Assembly (NCBI GenBank): GCA_963762545.1
Contig: CAVXLC010000003.1
Coordinates: 130,967-194,966 of the forward strand
From: an uncultured Gemmatimonadales bacterium
GTDB taxonomy: Bacteria; Gemmatimonadota; Gemmatimonadetes; Gemmatimonadales; GWC2-71-9
Length of the DNA stretch: 64,000 bases
Direction of reading: 5' to 3'
The notes beneath the pieces are model-generated. The model did not search any database, was not told the DNA's origin, and worked only from the letters and a program-made list of their open reading frames with translations. Below, piece after piece: positions 9,629 to 19,728 of this stretch (the stretch's first letter is position 1; every line of letters starts with the position of its first letter). The translations under genes and the position numbers were made by a program.

Positions 9629-9961
9629 TTACCCGGTGACGCGCGCCAGATCGGCCGCGGCCTTGTGCATGTCGGGAAGCTCGGCATGGTCCTTCGGGAG
9701 CACTCCGGCCTCGAGGTCCGAGGTGAGCCGGGCGCAGAGCTCCACGGTCCGCCGCAGGCGGAAGCGCTGCTGGAAGGCCTCCGGGGCCTCGCCGCTGTTG
9801 GCCTTGAGCAGGCCCCAGAGCCGGAGCCGGACCTCGTCCAGGGCACACTTGATGGCCTCGAGGGTGGCCACCGACACCTGTCCCTGGCCGAAGCGAGCCT
9901 CGATCCCCTGGACCTCCAGGTTCAGCTTGGCCAGCTGATCCATCATCGCTGGGTCGCTCAT
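9629..9961 (-). CDS. hypothetical protein (110 aa, predicted helical)
   Basis: ATG start, non-artefactual composition (MSDPAMMDQLAKLNLEVQGIEARFGQ...), no family recognised. Confidence 0.5.
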   Translation of the reverse strand: MSDPAMMDQLAKLNLEVQGIEARFGQGQVSVATLEAIKCALDEVRLRLWGLLKANSGEAPEAFQQRFRLRRTVELCARLTSDLEAGVLPKDHAELPDMHKAAADLARVTG

Positions 9962-10234
9962 ACTCCCTCATTGGGTGGTGGCGTGGCACCAGGGGGACGG
10001 ATTTCCGTCCCCGCAGCGCACGCCGGTTCTCCGATGGTGTCCGGCATCGGGCGGTTGGTGGACCGTAAGATAGCCAGTGAGGAACGGCGGGCGCCGTACA
10101 TCGCCCGCAGCTCGGCGCTCGCTGTCGTCCACTCCGTCGGGCTCCGGGCCCCAGCTAGCGATCGAAGACGGTCTACATCAGCGGTGGCACAGCTCGGGCA
10201 TGGTCGAGGTTCGCGAACCCGGCGACGCCCCGGC

Positions 10235-13200
10235 TCACGGCTTGACCTTCACCGGGAACGGAGGCCGCTTGGGGGTGACCGGCGGGTTCTTCCGCAGCTC
10301 CTCCTTCACCCAGGCGATCGCGCGCTCGAGCTGGGGGTCGTGCCCGGCGATGACCTCCCTGGGCGTCTGTTCCACCGCAATGTCGGGCGGCACGCCCTCG
10401 TTCTCGACGATGTAGCCGCTGTCCGGGGTCCAGATGGCCAGGTTCGGAGCGGTGATGGAACCTCCGTCCATGAGCACGGGGGTTCCCAGGATGCCCACCA
10501 ACCCTCCCCAGGTCCGCTGCCCGATGGTCGGCCCGATCTTGAGCTTCTTGAACATCCAGGGGAAGTAGTCGCCGCCCGAGCCCGCGGTCTCGTCGGTAAG
10601 GAGCGCCTTGGGCCCCTGGATCGAGGCGGTCGGCGTCTTGAGGTCGTCGCCGTAGCGCATGGCCCACCAGGAGAGGGCCGGCCGCTGGAGGATGTCGATG
10701 TAGTAGTCCGCCAGCGCGCCGCCCCCGTTGAAGCGCTCGTCCACGATGATCGCGTCCTTGTGCGCCTGGGGGTAGAAGTAGCGCTTGAAGGACTGGTACC
10801 CCGGCCCGCCGGTGTTCGGCACGTAGACGTACGCCACCCGGCCGCCGGTCGCCGAATCCACCTTGCGGAGATTGGTCTCGATCCAGGCGCGATTCCGGAG
10901 CCCGGCTTCCCCGGCGACCGGCACCACCCGCACGGTACGGGAGCCGCTGCCGTCCGGGTTAGGGCCGACCGTGAGCTCCACCGCCCGATCCACGGTGTTC
11001 TCGAACGGGGCATACAGGTTGGTGGGAGGACGCAGATCGGCTCCGTTCACGCCGAGCAGATACTCACCGGCCTTCACGTCGACCCCGGGTTCGGTGAGCG
11101 GCGCGCGCAAGGTCGGATTCCAGTTGAGACCCCCGTAGATCCGGGTGAACCGGTACCGGCCGTTGGCCACCTCGTAGTCGGCGCCCAGCAGTCCAACGCC
11201 GACCCGGGGCGCCTGGCTCAGGCGCTGCCCGGGACTCTGGTAGCTGTGCCCTACGCGGAGCTCCGAGAGGAGCCAGCGGATCACCCGCTCCACGTCGGCG
11301 CGGCTGGCGGCATCCCGGATGAACGGCGCGTACTTGGCGCGCTGCGCGTCCCAGTTGGTGCCGTGATAGTTGGTGGCGTAGAAGTAGTCGCGGTTGATGC
11401 GCCACGCCTCGTCGAAGATCTGAGCCCATTCGGCCCGCGGCTCGATCCGGAGGTCCACCGCGGCGAGGTTGAGGCGGCCCTGTCCGGGCTGGAGCCCGGC
11501 CACCGGCGTCAGGAACCAGTTTCCCCCGGCCCGGTACAGGAGCTTTTTGCCGTCCCGGGTGAGGGCGAATCCGTTCGACTCCGGCACGATGACGTCGTCC
11601 TTCCGCTTCACGATATCGTAGCGGTGCAGCACGCCCTTCCCGTCCGTCGTCCGGAGGTACCAGACCTGGTTGGCTTCGCCCAGGGTCATGCCGTCGATCT
11701 GGGCCGGCGCGACTGGAAACGCCACGATGCGGTCCTGGATGCCGTCCAGGTCCACGGTAGTCCCGGCAGGGGGCGCGGCCGGCATGGCGGGTTTGGCGGA
11801 GTCCGGCCGGGCCGGCGCCGCGGGGCCGATCTTCTCCTCGTCGCTCTCCTTGCCGAAGGGATTCGGGGCATCCTTGGTGAGCGCGATGGCGTACAGGGCG
11901 CGGGTTCGGGTGAGCCCGGCATTGCTCAGGGCAAACCAGTCGAGGGCCGGGCCGGCGTCGGTGGAGGCGAGGACATAGAGATACTTCCCGTTCCGCTCGA
12001 ACACCGGCTGGGTCACTTCCGAGAGCCCGTCGGTCACCGGCACGGAGTGATCGGCGTTGGCGTCGTAGAGGAACAGCGAGCTCACCAGCGGATTGGTCTC
12101 GACGGTGTAGGCCAGCCAGCGTGAATCAGGCGACCAGCTGTACGTGAGCCCCACCAGCGGGGTGTACACCCGGTTGCCGCCGACCTTCCGGTGCTGGCCG
12201 GTGGCGATGTCCAATACATATATGGTCTGCGAATTGTCCCAGTAGGCGATCCGCTTGCTGTCGGGCGACCATTCCAGGCCGAAGTAGAATCCGGCCCCGC
12301 CCAGATCGACGACCCGGTGCTCGCCCTTGCCGTCCTGGGGCTCGAGGTGGAGCCGGTAGGCACCCCCCTCGTCCGAGACGTAGGCGATCAGCTTTCCGTC
12401 GGGCGACCAGGCCGGCTCCCGTTCATGCGCACCCGGCGTGTTGGTCAGATTGCGGGGATCACCCTTTTCGGCGGGCACCGTGACGATCTCTCCGCGCATC
12501 TCGAACGCGGCCCGGGCCCCAGAGGGCGACACCGAGACGTTGCGCACGAACTCGGCGCCCTTGACCCAGCGGGTGCGGGTCTCGCGCAGGTCGGTGGCCA
12601 CCCCGATGGTGAGCTTGTGGGCCTGCCCCGTGGCGGGATCCAGCAGATTGAGATAGCCGGCCTGCTCGTAGGCGATCTTCCCGCCGCCGGCCGACGCGGC
12701 CAGCACCGGAAAGTCGGTGTGATTGGTGACCCGGGTGACCGCCTTGGTGCCGCGATCGTACTTGTAGAGGTTGAACTCACCGTCCCGGTCCGAGCGGAAC
12801 CAGACCGTGTTCGGCGTGAGCCACATCGGATCGACGTCGTTGGACCGCCCCGCGGGCTGGGGGATCTTCTCGACCTCCCAGGTCCGGGTATCGATGAGCC
12901 AGAGCTGGGAGACCCGGCCGCCGCGATAGCCCTTCCACTGTTCGAACGCGCGGGGCAGCGGGTTATAGGCGATGTATCGGCCATCCGGTGAATAGGCGGC
13001 CTGCGCGGCGTTGGGAATCGGGAGCCGGGCCTCCGGGCCGCCGGCCACCGGGACGGTCCAGAGCTGGGTGTACCGGCCGGAGAAATCGGCCCGGCCGGAG
13101 GTAAGGAGCAGCTGGCTGCCGTCGGGCGTGAACGCTTGGGGAAAATCGTTGCCGGGATGCCAGGTGAGCCGGCGCGGCTCCCCGCCCGCCGCGGGAATGA

Positions 13201-13489
13201 CGTAGGCGTCGATGTTGCCGTCGTAGTTGCCCGCGAAAGCGATCCACTTGCCGTCGGGCGAGAACACCGGGTTGCTCTCGTCGCCGTCCGCGGACGTGAG
13301 CCGGCGCACCTCGCTGCCGTCGAGTCGCGCCGTCCAGAGATCGCCGCCATAGGCGAAGGCGATCTGGGTCGCGCTCACCGCGGGCTCGGCGAGCATCCGG
13401 GTATCGGTCGTGCTGGGCTGCGCGGCGAGAGCACCGGGGGTCGCGAGCAGGAGGAGCAGCACGGTCGCGCGAAAGCCGGTCGGTCCCAT
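10235..13489 (-). CDS. tricorn-protease-like S41 family peptidase (TolB-type beta-propellers + PDZ + S41 domain)
   Basis: 1084 aa with a signal peptide (LLLLLATPGALAAQ). Repeated TolB-like SPDGKWIAF, SPDGRYIAY and SPDSKRIAY motifs are present. The C-terminal part has IVDERFNGGG and TDETAGSGGDYF, typical of the tricorn/S41 catalytic core. Confidence 0.85.
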   Translation of the reverse strand: MGPTGFRATVLLLLLATPGALAAQPSTTDTRMLAEPAVSATQIAFAYGGDLWTARLDGSEVRRLTSADGDESNPVFSPDGKWIAFAGNYDGNIDAYVIPAAGGEPRRLTWHPGNDFPQAFTPDGSQLLLTSGRADFSGRYTQLWTVPVAGGPEARLPIPNAAQAAYSPDGRYIAYNPLPRAFEQWKGYRGGRVSQLWLIDTRTWEVEKIPQPAGRSNDVDPMWLTPNTVWFRSDRDGEFNLYKYDRGTKAVTRVTNHTDFPVLAASAGGGKIAYEQAGYLNLLDPATGQAHKLTIGVATDLRETRTRWVKGAEFVRNVSVSPSGARAAFEMRGEIVTVPAEKGDPRNLTNTPGAHEREPAWSPDGKLIAYVSDEGGAYRLHLEPQDGKGEHRVVDLGGAGFYFGLEWSPDSKRIAYWDNSQTIYVLDIATGQHRKVGGNRVYTPLVGLTYSWSPDSRWLAYTVETNPLVSSLFLYDANADHSVPVTDGLSEVTQPVFERNGKYLYVLASTDAGPALDWFALSNAGLTRTRALYAIALTKDAPNPFGKESDEEKIGPAAPARPDSAKPAMPAAPPAGTTVDLDGIQDRIVAFPVAPAQIDGMTLGEANQVWYLRTTDGKGVLHRYDIVKRKDDVIVPESNGFALTRDGKKLLYRAGGNWFLTPVAGLQPGQGRLNLAAVDLRIEPRAEWAQIFDEAWRINRDYFYATNYHGTNWDAQRAKYAPFIRDAASRADVERVIRWLLSELRVGHSYQSPGQRLSQAPRVGVGLLGADYEVANGRYRFTRIYGGLNWNPTLRAPLTEPGVDVKAGEYLLGVNGADLRPPTNLYAPFENTVDRAVELTVGPNPDGSGSRTVRVVPVAGEAGLRNRAWIETNLRKVDSATGGRVAYVYVPNTGGPGYQSFKRYFYPQAHKDAIIVDERFNGGGALADYYIDILQRPALSWWAMRYGDDLKTPTASIQGPKALLTDETAGSGGDYFPWMFKKLKIGPTIGQRTWGGLVGILGTPVLMDGGSITAPNLAIWTPDSGYIVENEGVPPDIAVEQTPREVIAGHDPQLERAIAWVKEELRKNPPVTPKRPPFPVKVKP

Positions 13490-13572
13490 GGGGGCTCCGG
13501 AGCTGGGGTCGGATCGATTGGATGGATGGCGCTTGTAGAATACTCCGGGAACGGCGCCGCCGCTGCCGATGC

Positions 13573-14055
13573 TCAGGCGCCCGGCGTCGGAGGGGTCGTG
13601 GCGGCGGGTACCCCTCGCGCAAAAGCGATGTAGTCCGTCGGGACCGGGGCCTGCCCAGCCTGCCGAAGCAGGAGATTGATCTTGCCCCGGTGGTACTGCC
13701 CATGCAGCGCCACGTGGAGCAGGATCTCGTCCACCGGCGTCTCGAACGTCTGGCCGGCGCTGTTGGTGTACGGCACCTTGGCGCGGAGGCCGGCCGCGTC
13801 GAGCCCCTCGAGGTAGACCTCGAATCCGCCATGCACCGAATCGGCCAGGGCTCGCGCGTCCGCGAGCGAGAGGTCAGGCCATACCGCCGCCCGCGAGACC
13901 CGCCGGGTGAGCCGGGAGAGCCAGACTTCGCCCGCGCCGATGATGTGATTGAGCTCGCGCAACGCCGGCCCCGGGACGTCGGGGCGGGCTTCGAACGAGA
14001 CGAGGATCAGGCGGTCGGCCCAGCGGGCCTGGTCGAGGAGTCGGCGGAAGTCCAT
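13573..14055 (-). CDS. DinB family protein
   Basis: 160 aa. HIIGAGEVWLSRL and LLHVALHGQYHRGKINLLLRQAG match the DinB/YfiT-like four-helix-bundle His pattern. Confidence 0.8.
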   Translation of the reverse strand: MDFRRLLDQARWADRLILVSFEARPDVPGPALRELNHIIGAGEVWLSRLTRRVSRAAVWPDLSLADARALADSVHGGFEVYLEGLDAAGLRAKVPYTNSAGQTFETPVDEILLHVALHGQYHRGKINLLLRQAGQAPVPTDYIAFARGVPAATTPPTPGA

Positions 14056-14086
14056 GCGGACAACATACCGCGGGTCCCGGGTCGCG

Positions 14087-14824
14087 TCAGCTACCGAGCC
14101 CCCGAAGCGCCTGGGACCGGCTCCGGCTCACCGGAAGCACGGTCCCATCGGAAAGCTCCGCCTGCAGCCGTCCCTTGCCGTGCGGTTTGAACGCCTTCAC
14201 GTGGTCGAGATTGACGATGTGGGCACGATGGATGCGCACGAAGCGCCGCGGGTCCAGGCGTTGCTCGAGGTGATTGAGCGACAGATGGAGGAGGTGCCTG
14301 GCGCCCCCGGCGTACGCCGCGACGTAGTCGCCCCGGGCCTCGAACCAGGTCACGCCGGCAACCGAGATCGGCGTGATCCCGCCAGCCGAGCGCACGAACA
14401 GCCGGCTGACCGGCCCGTTCCCCAGCGCTTCCCGAAGCCGGGCCAGCGGCGGAGGGGCCGACGAATCGCCCATCGCCGCGCGGACCCGCTCCAGCGTGGC
14501 GGCCAGGCGGTCGGGACCGAAGGGCTTGAGCAGGTAGTCGAGCGCCCCCAGCTCGAAGGCGGTGACCGCGTACTGCGCATACGCCGTGGTGAAGACGACG
14601 AACGGCTGATGGGTGAGCCGCTCGAGGACCTCGGTGCCGAGCAGCCCCGGCATCTGAATGTCGAGGAACACCAGCTCCGGCGTGAGGGTATTGATGGCCT
14701 CCACCGCGGCCGGCCCGCTGGCGGCCTCGCCGATGCAGGTGATCCAGGGCACCTGGGCCAGCATGTGACGAAGACCGTCGCGGGCCACCCGTTCGTCATC
14801 CGCGATCAGGGCGCTCACCTTCAT
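14087..14824 (-). CDS. LytR/AlgR (LytTR) family response regulator
   Basis: The ATG at 14824 gives MKVSALIADDERVARDGLRHML...LVFLDIQMPGLLG, a receiver domain. The C-terminal FVRIHRAHIVNLDHV is the LytTR DNA-binding signature. Confidence 0.9.
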   Translation of the reverse strand: MKVSALIADDERVARDGLRHMLAQVPWITCIGEAASGPAAVEAINTLTPELVFLDIQMPGLLGTEVLERLTHQPFVVFTTAYAQYAVTAFELGALDYLLKPFGPDRLAATLERVRAAMGDSSAPPPLARLREALGNGPVSRLFVRSAGGITPISVAGVTWFEARGDYVAAYAGGARHLLHLSLNHLEQRLDPRRFVRIHRAHIVNLDHVKAFKPHGKGRLQAELSDGTVLPVSRSRSQALRGLGS

Positions 14825-14825
14825 G

Positions 14826-15908
14826 TCAGGCCGCGTCCCGACTCTGCTGGGGAATCTGGAGCGAAGCGGCAAAGCCTCCGGTTGCGTCGGGCCCCGCCTC
14901 GAGCCGCGCCGCGCTTCCATACAGCGCAGCGAGCCGCTCGCGGAGCCGGATCAGGCCGGTGCCCCGCCCGTCGGCCAGCCGCGCGGCGGCGGCGCCGGCG
15001 CCGCTATCGATCACCGACAGGGTCAGCATCCCGCGCGCGACCCTGCCCTCGATCACGATGTCGGTGGGCTCCACCCGCGGCGCGGCGCCGTGCCGCACCG
15101 CGTTCTCCACCAGGGTCTGGAGCGAGAACGAGGGAATCAGAGCGTCATCCGCCTCGTCCGAAACGCGAATGCTCACGCGCAGCCGGTCGCCGAACCGGAT
15201 CCGCTCGATCTCCAGATATCGCTCCACGAAGGCCCGCTCCTCGGCCAGCGGCACCAGGTCGCGGTCTTCTTCGATGGTGGTCCGAAGCAGCCCGGCCAGC
15301 TGCTCAGCCGCCTGGGCCGCCCGCCGGGGCTCGAGGGGAATGAGCTGCACGACGGTGTGCAGGGCATTGAACAGGAAGTGGGGATTGAGCTGTGCCCGGA
15401 GCGCGGCCAACTGGGCCCGCGCCGCCAGCGCCTCGGCGCGCGCCGCCCGCCCCGCCGCCTGATTCGCGTACGACACCCCCGCCACCATCGCGTACAGCCA
15501 TACTCCCAGCACCAGATATCGCGAGGCCTGCACCCGGAGAACCACCAGCTCGCCATGATGAAGGCCGCCCAGCCAGAGGGCTTCCACCGTGCCGGTCAGG
15601 ACCAGCCAGGCCACGGCATACGCCGCCGCCGCCACCAGCTGGATCAGCACGAAGTCCAGGCGGATCGGCTGGGGCCACGGGAGCCGCCGGGTGAGGCGGT
15701 GGACCAGGAGGCCGAGCAGCGCCGCGCACCCGATGGCGCGGAGCCCGATGAACGCGGCACTCTGGAGCCGGACATCGGGATGGTTGGTGAGGATCAGGGT
15801 GATGTACAGGCCCCAGACCGGCAGCCACCCAAGCACCAGCTGCAGCCAGACCCAGGGTCGCGCCATGGAGGAACCTTGGCGGTCCCATCCGGGATCGGCA
15901 AGGGTCAT
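14826..15908 (-). CDS. sensor histidine kinase, LytS/YehU type (His_kinase + HATPase_c)
   Basis: N-terminal TM helices are followed by LRAQLNPHFLFNALHTV (PF06580-type H-box). SFSLQTLVENAVRHG is the N-box, and VIDSGAG...GTGL are the G-boxes. The gene ends 1 nt before the response-regulator start. The alternative start at 15866 is possible. Confidence 0.85.
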   Translation of the reverse strand: MTLADPGWDRQGSSMARPWVWLQLVLGWLPVWGLYITLILTNHPDVRLQSAAFIGLRAIGCAALLGLLVHRLTRRLPWPQPIRLDFVLIQLVAAAAYAVAWLVLTGTVEALWLGGLHHGELVVLRVQASRYLVLGVWLYAMVAGVSYANQAAGRAARAEALAARAQLAALRAQLNPHFLFNALHTVVQLIPLEPRRAAQAAEQLAGLLRTTIEEDRDLVPLAEERAFVERYLEIERIRFGDRLRVSIRVSDEADDALIPSFSLQTLVENAVRHGAAPRVEPTDIVIEGRVARGMLTLSVIDSGAGAAAARLADGRGTGLIRLRERLAALYGSAARLEAGPDATGGFAASLQIPQQSRDAA

Positions 15909-15919
15909 CGCATCGGCGT

Positions 15920-16516
15920 TCAGCGCGGCGCCGAGGCGGCGACCCGTTTGGCTTCGATGGAGAGCACCCCCTCACTCCAGGTCTTCCCGTCATCGTAGGA
16001 TCGATCCTGCCGGAAGCGGAAGCCGTTCGGTGTGATGTCGTAGAACCGGGTCCGCGTCAGGAAGGGCTTCCCGTCCGGATCGGAGCCCCGGGAGCTCTGA
16101 TTCATGCTGGCGTCCTTCCACTCGGCGGTGGCCGCCTGGAACCTGGCCCGATACACGTCGAGCCCGGTGATGAGCCACTGGCGCGACGCGCGATCGAAGA
16201 TCCGCATGCTATAGCTGAGGGCCAGGGGATTGCCGGCCGCATCCGTGATGCTGAGCTCGTCCTCGATCCCGAAGCCGTCGAAGGCGCGCCAGGCCTTCCA
16301 GGTCCCGGCCAGGCGGGGCGTTCCGTGGATCTTCTGGGCGAGGCCCTGGGCGGGGACCTTGATGACCAGCTCCCATTGACCCACGAGAAAGTCGTTCTGC
16401 TTTGCCTCGGGAGGAGCGGTGGGGGACGGGGGCGCGCCGCCCGCCCCATGTTGGGCCCATCCGGCCGCGGGGGCGCCGGCGAGGGCGAGGATCGCCAGCA
16501 TCGTGCTACGGGACAT
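15920..16516 (-). CDS. secreted hypothetical protein (DUF1579-like by motif)
   Basis: The ATG at 16516 gives MSRSTMLAILALAGAPAAGWAQ, a signal peptide. DFLVGQWELV near the N-terminus and DDGKTWSEG near the C-terminus resemble the DUF1579 pattern, but the family name is held with low confidence. The upstream part of the listed 336-aa ORF is rejected. Confidence 0.6.
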   Translation of the reverse strand: MSRSTMLAILALAGAPAAGWAQHGAGGAPPSPTAPPEAKQNDFLVGQWELVIKVPAQGLAQKIHGTPRLAGTWKAWRAFDGFGIEDELSITDAAGNPLALSYSMRIFDRASRQWLITGLDVYRARFQAATAEWKDASMNQSSRGSDPDGKPFLTRTRFYDITPNGFRFRQDRSYDDGKTWSEGVLSIEAKRVAASAPR

Positions 16517-16658
16517 GGTTTCTCCAGTAAGGTACCGGTTCACCATGGGGGTGATCGGCGGCCCGGAACAGGCGCCGGTCGCCCAACGGTACCCTGGGCC
16601 CGCCCAACGGTGCCCGCACCGGTAGACGGCCGGCCCTGCGCCGCCGTACCGTTCGCGC

Positions 16659-17357
16659 ATGACACCTCCGCTGATCGAACTCAGGCACGTCACCCGGACC
16701 TTTCCCGGCGCCGGCGGCGGCTTCACCGCCCTGAGCGACGTGAGCTGCACCATCGACCGGGGCGAATTCGCGGTGATCGTCGGGCAGTCGGGCAGCGGGA
16801 AGTCCACCCTGCTGGGCCTGCTGTCGGGCATCGACCGTCCGACCCAAGGCGAGGTCCGGGTCGGCGACACCGCGGTGCACACGCTGTCGGAGCGGGCCAT
16901 GTCCACCTGGCGGGGCCGCGCGGTGGGCATCGTGTTCCAGTTCTTTCAATTGCTGCCCACCCTCACCGCCGCCGAGAACGTGATGCTTCCGATGGATTTC
17001 TGCGGAACCTGGCCGGCCCGGGAGCGAAGGACCCGCGCCCTGGCCCTTCTCGACCGGCTCGGCGTGGCGGATCAGGCCGACAAGTTCCCGCCCCGGCTCT
17101 CGGGCGGCCAGCAGCAGCGGGTGGCCATCGCGCGGGCCCTGGCCAACCAGCCCGCCGTGCTGCTGGCGGACGAGCCGACCGGCAATCTCGACTCCCGCAC
17201 CTCCGCGGCGATCCTCGAGCTGTTCCGCGGCCTGGCGGCGGAGGGCCAGACCGTGGTGATGGTGACCCACGAGCGGAGCGCGATCCGGCTGGCCACGCGT
17301 ACCATCACCCTCGCGGACGGCCGCATCGTGCCGGCCGAGCCAACCGCCCGTGCTTAG
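16659..17357 (+). CDS. ABC transporter ATP-binding protein (MacB/LolD type)
   Basis: Walker A GQSGSGKST, Q-loop FQFFQLLP, signature LSGGQQQRVAIARAL, Walker B LLADEPTGNLD, H-loop VTHE. Confidence 0.9.
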   Translation: MTPPLIELRHVTRTFPGAGGGFTALSDVSCTIDRGEFAVIVGQSGSGKSTLLGLLSGIDRPTQGEVRVGDTAVHTLSERAMSTWRGRAVGIVFQFFQLLPTLTAAENVMLPMDFCGTWPARERRTRALALLDRLGVADQADKFPPRLSGGQQQRVAIARALANQPAVLLADEPTGNLDSRTSAAILELFRGLAAEGQTVVMVTHERSAIRLATRTITLADGRIVPAEPTARA

Positions 17358-19722
17358 GCCCAGGCACCGAAAGGTGCTCCGCGATGTCTGGCATCACCAG
17401 GCGCGAACCGCCCTGGTGGTGCTCGCGATCGCCATCGGCATCGTGGGAGCCGGCGCCGTGCTGAACACCTGGTCGCTGCTGCGCCGGGTTACCCATGACG
17501 GATACCTGGCCACCAACCCCGCCTCGGCCACGATCCGGACCGACTCGATCGACGCGGCCCTGATGAGCCGGATCCGCGCCCTGCCGGAGGTGGGAGCCGC
17601 GCAGGCCCGGCGCACGATCATCGGCAGCGCCCAGGTGGAGGGCGCCTGGCGCACGGCGGTGCTCTTTGCCGCGCCCGACCTCGACCGGAGCGTCATTGGC
17701 ACGATCTCCTCCGTGGCCGGCGCCTGGCCCCCGCGGGACGGCACCGTCGTGGTCGAGAGCTCCTCGGCCGAATTCGCCGCCACCGGCGTGGGAGAGCCCC
17801 TCGTGCTGCGAATCGCCGACGGCCCGGAGCGGACCCTCCCGATTTCCGGCATTGCGCGGGACGCGGGGCTCGCGCCGGGCTGGATGGAACACGTGGTCTA
17901 CGCCTTCGTCACCCCGGGCACCCTGGCGCTGCTCGGCGCCGACAGCTCCCTCAATCAGCTTCAGATCGTGGTGAAGGATCGCGCGCTGGACCGCGAAGCG
18001 GTTCGCCGGGTGGCGTATCGGGTGAAAGCGTTGATCGAAGGCACCGGGCGCCGGGTCGCCGGAGTGGACGTGCCGGAGCCGGGCACCCACATCCATGCCG
18101 CCCAGATCAACTCGCTGCTGTATACCCAGGGCGCCTTCGGGGTCCTGGCCTTGCTGTTGAGCGGATTCCTGGTGGTCAATCTGATTTCCGCGATGCTGAC
18201 GGGCCAGGTTCGCGAGATCGGAGTGATGAAATCGCTGGGCGCGCAGGGCCGGCAGATCGCCGCGATGTACCTGGGGCTGGCGCTGGTGCTCGGGTTGGTG
18301 GCCTGCCTCCTCGCGGTCCCGGCCGCCGTCGTCATCGGCCGATGGTACGCCGGGTTCACCGCCACTCTCCTCAATTTCGACACGACGGGCTTCTCCATTC
18401 CGCTGTGGGCGATCCTCGTCCAGGTGGCGGTGGGCGCGCTGCTGCCGGTGGCCGCGGCGGCGATCCCGGTGTGGCGCGGGTGCCGGATTTCGGTGAGCGC
18501 GGCGCTGCGCGACTTCGGCATCGAGAGCGGGGGCGAGCCGCCCCGCGGGTTACTCTCCCGGGTCGGCGGCGTCACCCGCCCGCTCCTGTTGTCGCTTCGC
18601 AACGCGTTCCGGAAGCGGCAGCGGATGGCGCTCACCCTCATCACGCTCGCCATGGGCGGCGCGGTCTACCTGGGAGCCCTCAACCTGCGGGCCTCGATCA
18701 GGGACTCGGTGGGCCACATGTTCGGCGAGCTGCTGCGGTTCGACCTGATCGTGCAGCTGGCCGGGCCCCACGCGGCGGACAGCGTCGAGGCCGCCATCGC
18801 CGCCGTGCCGGGCGTCGCGCGGGTCGAGGCGTGGGGCGGCCGGCGCGCCGCGCTCGGGCGGCCCGACGGCGTGCTGGGCAACGCCTTCCCGCTCACCGGC
18901 ATGCCGGCCGAGTCGAAGATGGTTGGGTACGCGGTCGAGAGCGGCCGCTGGCTCGCGCCCGCCGACTCCACCGCCCTGGTGGTCAACCGGCGACTGCTGC
19001 AGGACGAGCCCGGACTGTCAGGACCCGGTCCCGTCACTCTGATCATCGGAGGGCGCTCCACCCGATGGAACGTGGTGGGGGTGGTCGAGTCGGGGGTCCA
19101 GCCGGCGGCGTACGCCACCCGCCGAGGGCTGGCGGCCGCCGTGGCCGACGCCCGCGTCGCGACCGCGGTCATCGTCGCGGAGGCCAGGGGGCCCGGCTCC
19201 CAGGCGGAGCTGAGCCGGCGATTGCGGGGAGCGCTCCAGGCGGCGGGACTGGACGTCGCCTCGAGCCAGCTCATGTCCGAGAGCCGGCGAGTGCTCGAGG
19301 ATCACCTGCTGATGGTGGCCGGGTTCCTGATGATCATGTCCCAGGCGATGATCGTGGTGGGCGGGCTGGGGCTGGCGTCGACGATGAGCCTCGCGGTGCT
19401 GGAGCGGACCCGGGAAATCGGCGTCCTCCGGGCCATCGGCGCCCGGCACGGCGCCATCCTCGCCATGGTGCAGATCGAGGGCCTGGTGATCAGCATCGCG
19501 AGCTGGGCGCTGGCGATCCCGTTGTCGGTGCCGATGAGCGTGGTTCTGGGCCGGGCCTTCGGGAAGATCATGATGCCGGTCAGAACCGTGACGCTGATCG
19601 CGGATCCGGGCGCGGTGCTGCTGTGGCTGGGCGTCGTGGTGGTGGTATCGGTGGCGGCGTGCGCGTGGCCGGCGTTCCGGGCCCTGCGGGTGACCACCTC
19701 CGCGGCGCTGGCGTACGAGTAG
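17350..19722 (+). CDS. ABC transporter permease with duplicated FtsX domains (MacB-like)
   Basis: 790 aa. The GTG start overlaps the ATPase gene by 8 nt. Two copies of the FtsX-type block are present (REIGVMKSLGAQGRQI and REIGVLRAIGARHGAI), each followed by hydrophobic helices, with large periplasmic loops. Confidence 0.9.
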   Translation: MLRPRHRKVLRDVWHHQARTALVVLAIAIGIVGAGAVLNTWSLLRRVTHDGYLATNPASATIRTDSIDAALMSRIRALPEVGAAQARRTIIGSAQVEGAWRTAVLFAAPDLDRSVIGTISSVAGAWPPRDGTVVVESSSAEFAATGVGEPLVLRIADGPERTLPISGIARDAGLAPGWMEHVVYAFVTPGTLALLGADSSLNQLQIVVKDRALDREAVRRVAYRVKALIEGTGRRVAGVDVPEPGTHIHAAQINSLLYTQGAFGVLALLLSGFLVVNLISAMLTGQVREIGVMKSLGAQGRQIAAMYLGLALVLGLVACLLAVPAAVVIGRWYAGFTATLLNFDTTGFSIPLWAILVQVAVGALLPVAAAAIPVWRGCRISVSAALRDFGIESGGEPPRGLLSRVGGVTRPLLLSLRNAFRKRQRMALTLITLAMGGAVYLGALNLRASIRDSVGHMFGELLRFDLIVQLAGPHAADSVEAAIAAVPGVARVEAWGGRRAALGRPDGVLGNAFPLTGMPAESKMVGYAVESGRWLAPADSTALVVNRRLLQDEPGLSGPGPVTLIIGGRSTRWNVVGVVESGVQPAAYATRRGLAAAVADARVATAVIVAEARGPGSQAELSRRLRGALQAAGLDVASSQLMSESRRVLEDHLLMVAGFLMIMSQAMIVVGGLGLASTMSLAVLERTREIGVLRAIGARHGAILAMVQIEGLVISIASWALAIPLSVPMSVVLGRAFGKIMMPVRTVTLIADPGAVLLWLGVVVVVSVAACAWPAFRALRVTTSAALAYE

Positions 19723-19728
19723 CGGCGG

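Noticed and set aside
9614-12124. 836-aa plus-strand ORF antisense to the tricorn-like protease
   Set aside because: Same reasoning. The minus-strand protease has a signal peptide, TolB-type repeats and S41 motifs, while the plus-strand frame is Arg/Gly/Pro-rich.
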